DNA of 64,000 nucleotides from Eledone cirrhosa (Eukaryota): NCBI GenBank assembly GCA_964016885.1, contig OZ024743.1, positions 22,878,001 to 22,942,000 of the forward strand, read 5' to 3'. Shown piece by piece: positions 42,429 to 56,804 of this stretch (position 1 is its first letter; each line of letters starts with the position of its first letter). The notes under the pieces were generated by a model. It saw only the letters and a program-made list of their open reading frames with translations, ran no database searches and was not told where the DNA came from. The position numbers and the translations under genes were made by a program.

Positions 42429-42662
42429 ATTTAGGAACAGTTTAGGTATGATACATTTTATTACTAATTATATCTAAATGTTTCTTCTCTCTTCATAATG
42501 TATTTTTAACTCTGATACTGGTTCAGTCTGGTTCAAACTGAATTGGTCTGTCCCAGTCATTCATTGAGCAACATCGGTGAAGTTGGCACCCTTAACTCAC
42601 AGTTGGGTGCGGATGCATTCATGTATATATGTGTGTGTCCGCATGTATCTGTGGGTTTCTAA

Positions 42663-42780
<118 letters not shown>

Positions 42781-42874
42781 TCTGTGTGTCCGTGTGTGAT
42801 ATTGGAATCTACTAAAATAAAATAAATACACATTGCGGTTCTCACGAAGCTCTTTTAGTTTTTTTCGGAGAAAT

Positions 42875-42980
42875 GAAAAATGGAAAACGACATCATTGAT
42901 GTATCTCATGAGCAGGTTTGAACCGAAGACCAAGATCTCCGCCGTCTCTAACACTTCCCTCGAGGCCACAGAGAGAGCAA
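42875..42980 (-). ncRNA. Pol III-type tRNA-like gene, subtype B; upstream TATA block deleted
   Basis: TGGCCTCGAGG...GGTTCAAACC; closely related to unit 4. Confidence 0.45.
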
Positions 42981-43125
42981 TAATGTCGTTCATTCCTTAA
43001 TGTTATTGCACCTTTTTAGGGTCGACTTGTAATTCATCTGGGTCTTCCATAAACTATATCATCACTTTGTTTCTCGTTTACCTAGGCTTTATTTGAACTT
43101 ATTATTAATGTCTGATTTCTGTCAC

Positions 43126-43161
<36 letters not shown>

Positions 43162-45704
43162 ATATTTGAATCTACTATCATCTGGTCCTATCTTATTCAC
43201 ATATATGTGACAGCATGTCAGTCAAATTACAACCTACAAATTTGTTTGTTACAATAATAATTAAATAACAGGGAATCTACAATCTCTGTTAAACATTGAA
43301 CCTATAACTACACTATATCAGCTGCAACTGAGCCATCTGAACACCTACAGAATAGCATGTCAAATATATAGTATTAAAATATCAAATTTAAATATGAAAT
43401 ATAGGCGGAAGTAGTGATACTAACAAGACCGCGGTGGTACGGATGTATTTTAGACTGGATACCCTTAGGAGGGAGGATTTGTTTCTTGAAGATAGGTATA
43501 TATGGGTGGTGCAAGTTTATGCACCTGTTTTTAGAAGGGTTTTCCAATTGCGTTAGTCTTTAGCATTTAAACTGGCCGTATCCGGCCAGAATTCTCACCT
43601 CTTTCTATTCAACCCAGCTGTAGGAGGCTGCTCATACTGACGTTAAGGTATTGTTTTCAAAATAAATAATATCAAAATCTCATAGATTGGAATTATGTGA
43701 GATAATCATATGACGTAAAGCCTTTTGCCACGAAAATATAATAGTATATATAGAGTAATGTAAACGCTAAAGAGTTAAACTTGTGTAAACAGCATGTGAC
43801 TTTTAGGATGTTTTACACCATGAGTTTATACTTATGATCATACAATGAAGTCATTGTTAACAACTGCAAGATATACTCTACGGCTATATTAATCATTTGA
43901 TCGACAACAAACGCAAGTTTAACTTGACACTAACATCGCTTTATTACACTTTAATCCTTCATTTAAACCATATTGACAATTGATACATCATATAATAAAT
44001 AGTACTATTCCTAATTCAATAGTTATCCTTTTACTTATGCAACTAATGACCCCAGTAAAACTACTAATACTTCAACATTGGAACAATGGTCATTTATTTT
44101 AATGTTGTTCATGACACTAATAATAGATGACTCTAGAAATACTATCCTGTAAAGTAAAAAATATGTTTCCAGGTTTATAAAACTAAACAACTCTTTGAAA
44201 GCTGTCTACGGCTTGCTTCTCTATTTAGTATTTGGTAAAAAACATCTTTAATAGATCTATATGAAACGTACAAATTTCATTATTTGTCTAAGTGTACTAT
44301 CAAATAAGTTGTGTCTCAAGTCGGCTACGGAGAAGAATATAGTTTTGTTGGCTATAAATTTAAATTCATTTCTTGAGTATTAGTTAATACCATCTTCGTT
44401 TTTGTAATGTAAAGCCATCCTTTCACATTGTACTAACCAGCTGTTTCTTTCCCCAAACGTTGTAGAAATAAATTTACTTTATCGTTCTCATCTGTTTTCA
44501 TAAACCTAAGATATATTAGATATATTTCTCCAGAATTATATTCTAACTTAGAAGATTTGATTATTAACGATGACATTATTGATTATAGAAGCTTTTGTTG
44601 TGTACAAATTCTTTTAGTTCGTAGTTTCTTTTAAGATAACTAATATGAATTACACACTACAGATTTTATCGAAATGAATTTATCATTTGTTCCACACCTG
44701 GTGAACTATTTTGGCACAAATGGTGAGCTATTTTGGTAGAGGCCAGTACGTATTGCAACTAACCATAGTAAACCTGGCTGTGGTCTCATATTATTCTGCA
44801 ATTAATACACAAGGTAACAATATGATGTTATAGAATATTCAATACTACACTTTGGAAAAACAGCATATCAGACATTTGCAGAGAAATCTTATAGTATATT
44901 TGTAGAGAAATGTTATAGTCATAGTAGATTAATGGAACACCTTCATTCGATCACTCATAAACCTCTCTATAGAAAATATTTGGTTTATACTACTGTACAA
45001 GATCAATATTTTCACAAAGGCACCAAAGAATCTGTGTACCAATATAAATGCTTTATAGCTTTAGGTGAGAAAACAGTAGCTGTGGATAGTAATATATTAA
45101 CAAACCTTACGTAATAACATCTTTCTAGTACAAACCTAAAAACTGTGGAATGTAACGTATGAAGTGTGACCCACTGTAACAGCAGAGATATGTAACATAT
45201 TTCAGTAGGAAGTGCTGGAAAACAATATGTATGCATTTTATATCTTGAGACTGCAAGGAATTATCATTTTTAATCCAAGTTATTTTTATCATTAATGCTA
45301 TTTAGAAATACATAAATATCACAAAGCCTGATTACTTTTTTAATCACAGAGATTTTGTATCTCATCAAAGATATAACAGCATAGGATCTATTTCAATAGA
45401 AAACATTATACACAGAGCAAGATATGAGCTGTTGGAATGTAAATATTTTATTTTATATTAACATTGACACATCAGCAAATAAAGTTTCGGATTTGACGGT
45501 GTCATGGCACTATCTTCGCTGTACTTTACTTTCACCCTTCATTTAAACCATATTGACAATTGATACAACATACAATAAAGTAGTACTATTTCGAATTCAA
45601 TAGTTATCTTTTTACTTATGCAACTAATGACCCCAGTAAAGCTACGAATGCTTTAACATCACACATCCTTTACCTTAAATTATTGTATTATTAGACCTTA
45701 TTTA

Positions 45705-45897
45705 GGGCGGTGGATTGGCAGTATCGGTAGAGGGTCGGACGCCATGCTTTCCAGCATAGTTACGTCCCTTTACGATCTGAGTTCAAATCCCGCCGAGGTT
45801 GACTTTGCCTTTCATCCTTACGGGGTCGATAAAATAAAGTACCAGTAATGTACTGGGTAATTGCTGGCCTTGTGCCTAAAGTAGAAACAATTATTAG
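45705..45897 (+). mobile_element. Well-preserved tRNA-derived SINE
   Basis: GGGCGGTGGATTGGCAGTATCGG (A box), GAGTTCAAATCC (B box), Nin/Deu-like core. TTATTAGACCTTATTT occurs on both flanks as a possible target-site duplication. Confidence 0.85.
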
Positions 45898-46027
45898 ACC
45901 TTATTTTACCGAATGCAGAAAGACAAAATTCTCATGTAACCCATATTCCGTAGTAATATTATCAAACGGTATGTTGTAAGCGAGATACTTTATATAATTT
46001 AAACAGTTATTTTGATAATATATGAAA

Positions 46028-46185
46028 GCATGGTTGGGTGCTTAAGAAGTACTCATCGCAACCTATTGGTTTTTGGTTTAGCCCCGATGTGTGGGACCTT
46101 GAGCAAGTGTCTCCTTCTATAGCATCGGGCTGACAAATGGCATGTGAGTTGAATTTGGTAGACAGAAACTGCAGAAGTCCGACAT
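46028..46185 (+). mobile_element. Second SINE family (CORE/V-SINE-like), degenerate
   Basis: ACCTTGAGCAAGTGTCT core and GTGAGTTGAATTTGGTAGACAGAAACTG 3' part, followed by (TA)n. Confidence 0.6.
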
Positions 46186-47040
46186 ATATATATATATATA
46201 TATACCCACACCACACACTGCCATCACAGCTCTCATCCCATACCACTTCCATTTTGTGTGCGCCACACCCACCTCCAACTCGACCACTTCCTCTACTGTG
46301 TGGAAACTTACTTCCATAGGCCAAAAATAAAGAAATTAGACACACATGTATATATTCGCATGCACACACAAGGTCCTATACATACATATATACACACACA
46401 TATATAAACATACACACTCACACTTACATGTACACAAAACAATACAAAAAAGTCATAGACACAGACATGGATATATACATACACACGCTCATACATAAAC
46501 ATATACACATACAGACTCATACGCACGTGCACATACACACACAAAAACAACTAGAAAAAGGCCCAGATAAACATATACACACAAGTACCTGCACACATGC
46601 ACACATAAAATAAAACAGGACTCACAGACACATATGGGAACGCACAAAAAATACGACACACTCATAGACTCACACACTCATACGTGCACTTACAAAACAT
46701 TAAAGAAACACACATAAACATACACATACACACTCATAAAGAAAACATACATGCACGTGCACAAACACAAAAACTATATTCAAAATTCACAGACACGTGC
46801 ACACACACTTTCATCAACGATACACCAACCATTCACACAGACAGAAACAATAATGCATAGGCATGAAATGAACTCCATCTGCACACACAGAAAAATACAC
46901 ATTACATACCTGAACTCTCCTCCTCGGACCTCATACACGAATGCTTGAATATGCGCCAACCAGCCCGAGGCTTCTTAAACCTTCTTTTTTTGTTAAAACG
47001 CTAATGCTCTAACCTTTTCTTTCTCTTTCCCCGAATTCTC

Positions 47041-47080
47041 CATTTCCCGAAGAAAGACTTATGTCCGAAACGTCAAACCT
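47041..47080 (+). ncRNA. Degenerate minimal hammerhead of Penelope pLTR type
   Basis: CCGAAGA-AAGAC(TTAT)GTCC-GAAA-CG-TC; core U4 mutated and stem I poor; (TA)n ~70 nt downstream. Confidence 0.4.
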
Positions 47081-50000
47081 CTACTACTTCCTCCTAAGTC
47101 TGTGTTTTGGCATCTCTGTGTTTGTCTTGTCATTTCTTGAACTAATATATATATATATTGGAGGTGGCTTGTTCGGAAATTTTGTTCACTATAGTATATA
47201 ATGAGGTTTTCAAGACCACATATCAGTAATGGGGGGATATAGTCAATTAAATCAATTGCAGTATATGATTGTTTACATGTTTTCTTGTAATTTCTAGTCA
47301 TCTATGATTAAGCAGACCACAGATCAATAATATTTCAGCCAAGATCATCCGTCTTTTTTTTATTTTTCCAGACACAATGTGTGTAGGACTGCATTACATA
47401 ATGTTTCATTTCTTTTAAAAGAAGATAGCTTGTATAGCCTGTTATTTCAGAAAATTTTGGCTGGTGTTTTCAAAACGTCGAGCGTCCAGGTTGTTATTTG
47501 AAATATGTATTGGTCCCTGAAAGTTAACATAAAGAGACAATACTGAAATAGCACACGATCACCGTTTCTGCTGCTCCACTGCCTACAAATTACGAGAATT
47601 CACAGAAACTTATTCATTAATAAAGGTAAATACGTTTCACATGTTGCAACCGAAATTTTTGCGCAGTAAACATTCGTATTCCTATATCTCCTTAAAACAT
47701 AACGCCTTCTGATGTGATAATCTTTAAATAGACTTATTAATCATCTAAAGTATAACAGTAATTAATTACATATCTATGAGTGAATACACACGGAAATAAT
47801 TATATTTTTTATTATTTGTTTATTTTTTAGAATTTAGTTTCTCCACTGAAAAAATCAAGATGCATATTTGCTTTAACATGTAGCATTCTGAGTGTGTTCT
47901 TTTTAAAACAAAATAAACTATTTCTTTGTGCCAACACATTGTGTTTACATAAATCCATACTTGAGTTCAAATTCTGTCGAAATCAAATTTGCATGTCATT
48001 CTTCAGGGACTAATAAAAGAAAATAATAGTCAAATCGACTCTTCCCAAGACATTAATATCCTTGAGCCTAAATAGGAAAACAGTATCATTATGCTACCAT
48101 GCAGCATTTAGTCAAGCCCGTTAGGTTCGCAGTTCAAATTTCAGTGGGCTCGTGGACTCTGTTTTTTTTTTTGTAGATAAAAGTAGATTACGCATAGCCT
48201 CACAAAACATTTGTGGGCGTACAGGAATTAGAAACCATTATAAGATTTCGAGGAATTGCAACATGTCTTACGTTATTCAAATCCTTCCGAGATCGATATT
48301 GCCTTTCGTTGATCCGGTCTCGATAAAATAAAGTATCATCAATCAAGTACTGAGATCGATATTTTTGACTTTCCTCTTCCTTCAAATTGCCGGCCTTGTG
48401 CCAATGTAAGACAGAATTATTATCCTTATATCAATTGGTTTTAAAGTTTGTACAGCACCGGATAAAATGCCACGTGATATTTAGTTGAGTGCATTTATTC
48501 TATTAGTTGAAAACCCGCAGGGGTTACACTTTACACGTGTATCCTTCGAAAGTTAATGAAATTAGTAGGAATCAAGTACTAAGTCCAGAAACTTGGCTGA
48601 AATGTTTGCAACAAAGTAGACTCCACTAAGTGCACCATAGTTGGTGTTAAACAAAAAGCGACAGATTCAATCTACCATCCGAAACTTACAAGCCTTTCCA
48701 CAATGTGAGAAATATTCATACTAAAGACACACAAGAATTATTTACTAATTCTCTATAGTCTACAGAAATCGATAAAATATATCTAATGTTCGTCGTATTC
48801 GGCAATACACACCCTACAAAAATAAGCATTATATCAGAAATCGATATTCTTGACACTTCCCTATATAACGACTAGAGTATTTACTATCTTATTCAACAAA
48901 AGAAAAATCAGAATAAATCATAATTAAACAATGCTCTGTTATCTCCTCATGGTGGTTTCACTGATTAAATTCTATTGATAGGTATCTGTAAAATTCGAAT
49001 ACACATTATTGATAGCTATAACCGTATCTTAAATTACAACGCAATAGTAGTTATACAGCTAAGATTTTAAAATGCTTCTGTTTACCGGTTGCTAACGTTT
49101 TAAGTGGCTCACATTTAACATTCAAATATTTACTGTCCACAAACAATGGCAGACAATATTCACTGATTGGATTTAATAAACTATCCACAGTATCATTCAG
49201 AGTGTTCCACTGAAGTACCTCCTAGAAAATGATTTCTATGAATTGACATAGTTATTGTGCACACAAAATTATACACTCACACACACCACACAAACAGTTA
49301 TACACATAAACACACAGAAATGTGTGTGCATGTATGTATTTAAGTGTTTGTGTGTAAGTGAGTTCCTTCGTTAGTAATCGTGTACATTCCTTTTCAGAGT
49401 AACTCGATTTCCACAGTTACAGGCTGTCATTCACCTCTCAGCTGTGGCTGCAAGACCTGCCAGCATGCAACAGCATTTATTGGTCGGCTAAACCAGGTCA
49501 AAGACAACCCATATCATGAAATAGAAAGTAACAAGTACGTGCTTGATTTCATATTATTGGGGTTTATACGTCGACTTCGGTAATAGAAACTATAAAAATG
49601 AATATAAAAAAGACTGTTGAGATTCTTCGTGATTCGACAATTGAAAATTGACGGTTTTTGGCAAAGAAACAGATATAACAATGCGGGACGAGCGATGTTT
49701 GTTTGTGTCGTATCTGAATGGAAATATTTGGAGGAATAAGTATATAAATTGTGAATCATATTTCTTCTATAAATAGATGTTATATTTTACTTTACCTATT
49801 TGTACGTTATGTGCATTGTTTCTTTTCATTCTATATAAAGTTTCATTGTTTCGGGGCGGGGGGTCTTGAATAATATGAAATATACTTAATATCCTTCACG
49901 TGTTACTTTTGGCACTTCCGCTCTCTTATTCTCAATTCCCCCGCCAATTTACTTTCAAATTTTAATACGCTAAATTAAGTATGCCGAATAAAGTATGCCG

Positions 50001-50094
50001 AAACCACACATGAGCTGCGACACACTTGTTGCTTCAGTCCTATTATGAGTTTTGCATGGCATTATTAAAAAATAGGTAATTAATATAAATCTAA

Positions 50095-50665
50095 CGTTCA
50101 TGAGTGATGGAAGGCTGAAAGCTGAATTAAGTGCAAGAATTGCAGGAGCTGGTGCAGTAATGCGCCAGCTTCAGCTTTCGGTATCCAGAGGAAGGGGGGT
50201 AGGTGTAAAAGCCAAACTCGCTATCTGCAATTCGGTATACGTGCCAACCCTTACCTATTGTCACGAATCTTGGGTAATGATCGAAATAATACGATTGCAA
50301 ATACAACTGGCTGAAATGGGGTCCCTTTGAAGGGTCTTTGGAGTAACGTTACTCGATAGAGTGCGCAACTTCAGATGGAGTCGCTACTTCTTCGAATTGA
50401 GAGATCACAGTTCTGATACTGTGGTTATGTGGTTAGAATGTATCAGGAAAGAATCAATGGACAGATTTTACAGGCAAAAACCAACCGACAGGAGTCCCAG
50501 GGGCAACCCCTGAGCAAAATGGTTGCATAACATCCATGAGCGTGGCTGGTCTAGCTTGCAGATCAAGCAGGATCTGTTGAAAACGGTTGCTTCTGTGTGG
50601 ACCTGCTGGAAGGAGGGCTTGAGGACCCCATGAACCTCTCAGGAATAAGTGAAAGAAGAAGAGAA
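50095..50665 (+). mobile_element. 3' fragment of an RTE (Expander/Rex3-like) LINE
   Basis: SDGRLKAELSARI..KAKLAICNSVYVPTLTYCHESWVM..AEM..LLDRVRN; GAA-rich tail. Confidence 0.8.
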
Positions 50666-51274
50666 GTGTTCAATTTAAAAATTTGAAAATATGAGTCTAA
50701 AACAGGAACTAACTAATAATAGACGATTACTATCAATAATAGTTGAGAAAAATAAGTAAAATTCACTGTTCTCAACTATTATTTAAAGGGATCGTCTATT
50801 ATTAGAGTTTTTCTTCATTTGGAACACTCACATTTTCAAGTTTGGAATTTGAAACTTTCATCGCTTGTTAATTCATAAGGTTTGTTGTTAAGTTCAAATC
50901 TTACTGAAGTGCCAAATAATTACTGTGGTGAATTTAATAGTTTTAAAGACTGTCACAAGTTTATATCAGTCTGACAAAGCTGGAAATCCAAAAATAATAA
51001 TAATAATAAATAAAGCAATAACGACAATGATTGCAACACAACTAAATAAAGTTTCAAAATCGTTTTTATTAACAGGTTATCTTTATTGAAAGATGTTACA
51101 GCAAAACCAACTTCTAAACTAACAAACAATTAAAAAAAAAAAAAAATCTGTTGATCAAAATTTAGAAACGCTACACATTGGACGTAGCTTTTCAGTACAA
51201 TCATTCTATTAGGTTCGTATTCATACACACATCCTTGCGTCACACACACGCTCACAGGCAGACACAAATAACAC

Positions 51275-51383
<109 letters not shown>

Positions 51384-51704
51384 TCTAATAGTCAAGTGCT
51401 TGGTTGGGAGTAACAGTAAAGACTCCATCGTGAGCACCGAGTTAACAATTTACTTGGGAAGAACGGAAGTTGTTTTTTTTTAGCGAAATGTTGTAAATAC
51501 CACTGAATCTATACTCTGGTTGCTATTGTTGCTGTTGTTTGGTATCTAGATTCTAAAGTAGAATCGATGTAAACGGAAACGAATATATATTGTGCATATG
51601 AACTGGTATACTAGCAGATTTACCACTTATTAAGATATACATACTTAAACTCATAGATACGGAAATATACACATATACATATGATATATATATATATTCA
51701 CACT

Positions 51705-51790
<86 letters not shown>

Positions 51791-52059
51791 TGGATAGATA
51801 TGTATAGATATTCACATTACCACACACAAGTGAATATTTTATAGTCAATAATTTTTTTGAAAATGTTCTTTTTATATCTGATTACATTCATATGTATTTT
51901 ATTAGTATACTAACTACTAACAGTTATGAACAATGATAAAACTAAATTTCACTCATCCTCCAACTGATGTTAACGTGATATAGCATCATCTGTAGTTGTA
52001 AATAAATATACACATATGTATTGATATGAGGAGACAAATCAGACAAATAGAAAAGACAG

Positions 52060-52246
52060 AAATAATTGTTTCTATTTTTGGCACAAGGCCAGCAATTACC
52101 CAGTGCATTACTGGTACTTTATTTTATCGACCCCGAAAGGCAAAGTTAACCTCGGTGGGATTTGAACTCGGAATAGCAAGGGCCGTAACTCTATGCGTCA
52201 AAGCATGGCGTCCGACCCTCTACCGATACTGCCAATCCCCCGCCCC
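52060..52246 (-). mobile_element. SINE copy, reverse orientation
   Basis: Reverse complement of the 45705-45897 family. Confidence 0.85.
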
Positions 52247-52792
52247 TCCAACACAGAAATAATGAGAGATAGAACCGCTAAATACGATTAAGAATGATTC
52301 CAGTACTAAAATTGCATCTTCTCGAAAACAATACAATATATGTATACATATTTTGGTATACATAAGCACACATATATTCATTTATAAATAAGTAAAAACC
52401 AAATAACCAGGATTGATAAAATGTTAAACGTAATCATTGTATACGTTTTTGAGGGATAAAACAAATATTGTGTTAAAGAATGTATATTGAAAGTGATGAA
52501 TGCAGTGCTACAAATATATATACTAGTAAATGTTATATAATGTGCATTAAGAAAGTTTAACTAAAATGATAGAAAGATTGTTAGAAATCAATATATTTTG
52601 TTGTAACTGGATAAGCACTACAGAAACCATATGTTTTTTTTTTTTGTTGGTTATTTTTTTTGTTTTTTTACTTAGTCGAATTAATAAGCGTGCATCTTTA
52701 CATTGTTGAGAACTAGTTATAAAGGATAAAAAAGATGAATGTGTAAAAAAAATTGAAATCCATATCATTGCGAATGCAATATGAGTCGGTAA

Positions 52793-53005
52793 CTACCGAC
52801 CTTTACCAATGATTTGGTCACACATCCTAGCAACGTATTCGCCATGTTCATCATCATCGGTATACATATTAGGAACGATGTCAACTTCAGTAACGCATTG
52901 TCGGGTGTCTGGACATAAACAAGTGAACTGGTATTTCAAGGCTTCACCAAGTGCTCTATTCACGTAGACTTTAGCACATGTGGCTCCTTCGTTTGCACAT
53001 ACCAC
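52793..53005 (-). CDS. Last coding exon of a cysteine-rich Argos/scoloptoxin-11-like protein
   Basis: Acceptor TTTTTCTTTAG|GTG, phase 0; VVCANEGATC...CLCPDTRQC...RMCDQIIGKGR*. Confidence 0.8.
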   Translation of the reverse strand: MVCANEGATCAKVYVNRALGEALKYQFTCLCPDTRQCVTEVDIVPNMYTDDDEHGEYVARMCDQIIGKGR

Positions 53006-53926
53006 CTAAAGAAAAATAACGAACAATGCGGAAATTAGTAAGCAGACGACAATACATTCAACTCTTAAGAATTAAGCATGCATTGCTTGGTCCTCCGATC
53101 TCGCCTCAACAAATCATAACGGTTTCTAATTTTTTCTTTTTTCTTTGTCATCAAAAGGTTGAAAGGCAAAGTTGACCTCGGTGAGATTTGAATCCAGAAC
53201 GTAAAAAATCAGAACAAATACTTGGCTAACGCTCTGCGAATCCACCACCCTTCCTCAACTAGTCCTAATTACAAAGAACACAAAACAATGCAATTCACAC
53301 AATCACAGATTTATCAACATTAAAATGATAGACTATCTGGCCGTGTAAGGGCCACAGATTTCTATTGCAAAAACGGTCCCTGCCATTAAACATAAAATCA
53401 TAAAACAGATATCAACAACACTCAAAACAACTTCTACACTAGCATTCTAAGTGTAAACTAATCCTGTATAAACAGTCTTACAAAACAACACTTATGGCTA
53501 TATAAAACGAATCGTATATATCTTAAAACCATACATATTATTCTCAACCTTTAACAATGCTTAGTTTTCAAAGTCCAGTAATACCCCTCTCACCAGACTC
53601 GACTGTGCACGGGTTTTGAAATGAAGGCATCCTTTCAAAATGTCGTTCTTAGAGTTCAGGTATGTTTTTGTAGGGGACAAAATTGTAAGATGTTTCCCTT
53701 GGGCAGAAGTGCAACTCGTGATTCGTGATACCGTTGGTATAAAGTCTTGGTTTAATTTTAAGATTATGATTTCGAATTTACTTTGGTTCGTGCATAATAT
53801 CAGTGTTTTTTTTTAGATTTGTTTATGTTTTAGCTGAGTCATGTACGGTCTTATTTATATATAAAAGGTTATAAATTTGGTTTAAGAGTAAATAAACAGA
53901 AAATGATCTGCGATCGTTTTACATAC

Positions 53927-54138
53927 CTTTTTACAACGATATTCATAGATCCAGAGGTTGTTTCGTTTTTCCCACCCTCTCAGGTAGAAAATGTTGTTCT
54001 TGCATCTGCATCTTTCTTCCCTCATATGGATATGCCAGCCATTAACCTCAGTCTCCATTAAAGCAGCTACTTCTTCGTCGTTGCAAATCCTTTCAGGCAT
54101 TATAGGACCACACAATTTATACTGAACTATCATGTCCA
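53927..54138 (-). CDS. Internal exon of the same gene
   Basis: Acceptor TTTCTTCTGCAG|TG (phase 1), donor AAG|GTATGT (phase 0); DMIVQYKLCGP...CRC...YEYRCKK. Confidence 0.8.
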
Positions 54139-54504
54139 CTGCAGAAGAAAAAACAGAATGCATGAACACGAATTAAAACCAAATAGATTAACCAAATTGA
54201 TGTTTGTATAGCATATACACACATACAAAGACATACACACACTCACTCGCATGCACAAACACACACACACACACAAACTCACAAACACACACACGCATAA
54301 CCTAATACTAACACTTTGTACTGCACTCTTCGTTATTGTTTTAACTTATATATATTTGATATATCTCATATGAAATGATACAGCCAATTCTCCCCACAAT
54401 ACAATATAGTTAGCACCCGAACGTTTAATTAGGAATATACTCAGATATTTCCTAATGTTTGTTGAGTGAGTTGGAATGTGGCCGGAGTATCGTTAGCTTT
54501 CTCC

Positions 54505-54575
<71 letters not shown>

Positions 54576-54721
54576 AGCGTATGTTTGTATGTGTCTGTGT
54601 TTGTGTGTGCTTGTGTGTGTGTGTGTGTGTGTCTGTCTGTGTCTGTCTGTGTGTCTGTGTGTATGTGTGTGTTCGCGCGTGCATGTATGTGTGTATGTGT
54701 GTATGTGTGTGTGTATGTGTG

Positions 54722-54812
<91 letters not shown>

Positions 54813-55464
54813 GCTAATTGGCAGAGTCGATAGAATGACGGTTAGAAACATTTGCTCCATATTTCCCGACTCTCTGCAATCTGAGTTCAAAACTGGCTGA
54901 GGTCAACTTTGTCTTTCACCCTTGGGGATTGATAAACCACCAGTCCAGTACTCATCTTCTATTATTGTGCATCGTAAGCCTCCAAATAAATCATAATCTT
55001 ACTTTTGCTCTGTGTTAGGTTATTGAGGCCATCATGACCATCTGGTTCACATCTTCTGAGTTACCAACATAAAACTAAACATATGATAATATAGAATTCG
55101 CAGGTTCAACAAATAATTTTCAATTAAATTTCTTGAGATGGTCATGGCAAAGCTGAGTATGACAGGGATATGAAGACTTTGAAACTGAAATAGTATATCA
55201 GCTGGCTTCCTAGGTATTCTAGGAACGAAAGAATTGTATTCCTGGTATGACTGTGGCCTCCAGTAAAGGGATCGTCATATTTCTTGAAGGTGAGTCGTGT
55301 ATCATAGAACATATTTGGTGTATCTGGTCTATAATGTATTGTGATGTCATAAAGTACAGTTATATTCCTTATTGACATCGAACAACTTGAGTATGGCGTT
55401 TATCAGTAGGACAACATATGTACGTGTGTGTATGAGAGAGAGAGAGAGAGAGAGAGAGAGTGAG

Positions 55465-55513
<49 letters not shown>

Positions 55514-55682
55514 AAGAGAGAAAACTTGTATATATATATATATTTAGAGTGTTGACCTAACGATTGTCAATAAAATTTAAATACCCATAGATGATCTTTT
55601 CAATAAATAAATGTCAAAACCTACATGCGTGTTTTCTTTCTTTTTTGCTGATAAAACGAAATGAAACAAACGTAAGACTTAC

Positions 55683-55869
55683 ATCGCTTGAAATGTTGCC
55701 AGGTAAATGAATACCTGTCGTGTTCCGACCATGTTTTCGAGCAGTTGGCGCATTTACAATTTAAGCCTTCATCAACAATGAAATCATCAGTTGTACTGTC
55801 TTTGTATTGCATCAATGTCCTGCATACATGAGCATTTGACTGGCATGTATCTATTGTTTCTCTTTTTCG
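55683..55869 (-). CDS. Internal exon of the same gene (upstream exons not identified)
   Basis: Acceptor TTATTCTCAG|CGA, donor T|GTAAGT (phase 1, matching the next exon); RKRETIDTCQSNAHVC...CKCANC...WQHFKR. Confidence 0.78.
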
Positions 55870-56737
55870 CTGAGAATAACAAAATATTAATAATTATACA
55901 CAAATCAAGAACTTCTGGATATAGAGTTTAAAAACAGCACGTTTACAAAACAGTTTCCTTAAATCAGTTACATTGTAGGTGAAAGTTTTAAAACATTCAT
56001 TTTTATTTTTTTTTTTTTATGTTAGGGTTGTTATTATGTTTATCTAATCTCAGATCTACCCTGGCCGAACAAACCTATCAAAGGACTTGCAGGCGAAACC
56101 ACTTCGAATGTTATTCATACATAACTATATCTTAGAATGCACTTAGAATGCACTTCTACATTAAAACTGTAGGTTATGATTTCAAAGAAATGTTGGAGCG
56201 TTTTCATGCAAGCTGAGCGAATATATAGAGGAAATTATAGGGAAAATTTATCTAGTGGAGGTTATTTACTTATTTATTTGCTTTATTTTAGACCTTAATT
56301 ATTGAACAGTAGTATCATCGGTTAAAAGTGTCCAACAAATCAAAATACAATTTGACATGAGAGTCAGAGTTACTCGATGCAGAGCAAATATCACAAATGT
56401 CTTTCATTGAAAAACAGTATATATATATTTTTTCCTTTTTCGCCAATATTTACATCATTCATGTGCATCGTTATATGTCGGTAAACACATAATATATACA
56501 CGCACACATACACATACATACATATGCATGAGTAAATATATATATACATGCATGATCGATATCCAAATACTTCTGATATGGAATGAAATCTTTATGATGG
56601 AACCCTGACTTCGTTCATGCTTACTTGCATATATGTGTTCTCACCGCAGCCATACATGGGGTGAAAATCCGTTCGATGAAACGCGCGTCCTCGAGTAGGG
56701 TTTGCTAGTTTGTTGTGGAATTCTCTCTCTCTCTCTC

Positions 56738-56804
<67 letters not shown>

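Noticed and set aside
43403-43720. Possible Pol II promoter (GGCGGAAGT, TGACGT motifs)
   Set aside because: Short motifs expected by chance; no downstream exon could be supported.
55142-55378. 78-aa intronic ORF as an extra exon
   Set aside because: Flanking exons already join in phase with an even cysteine count; more likely a decayed LINE fragment.
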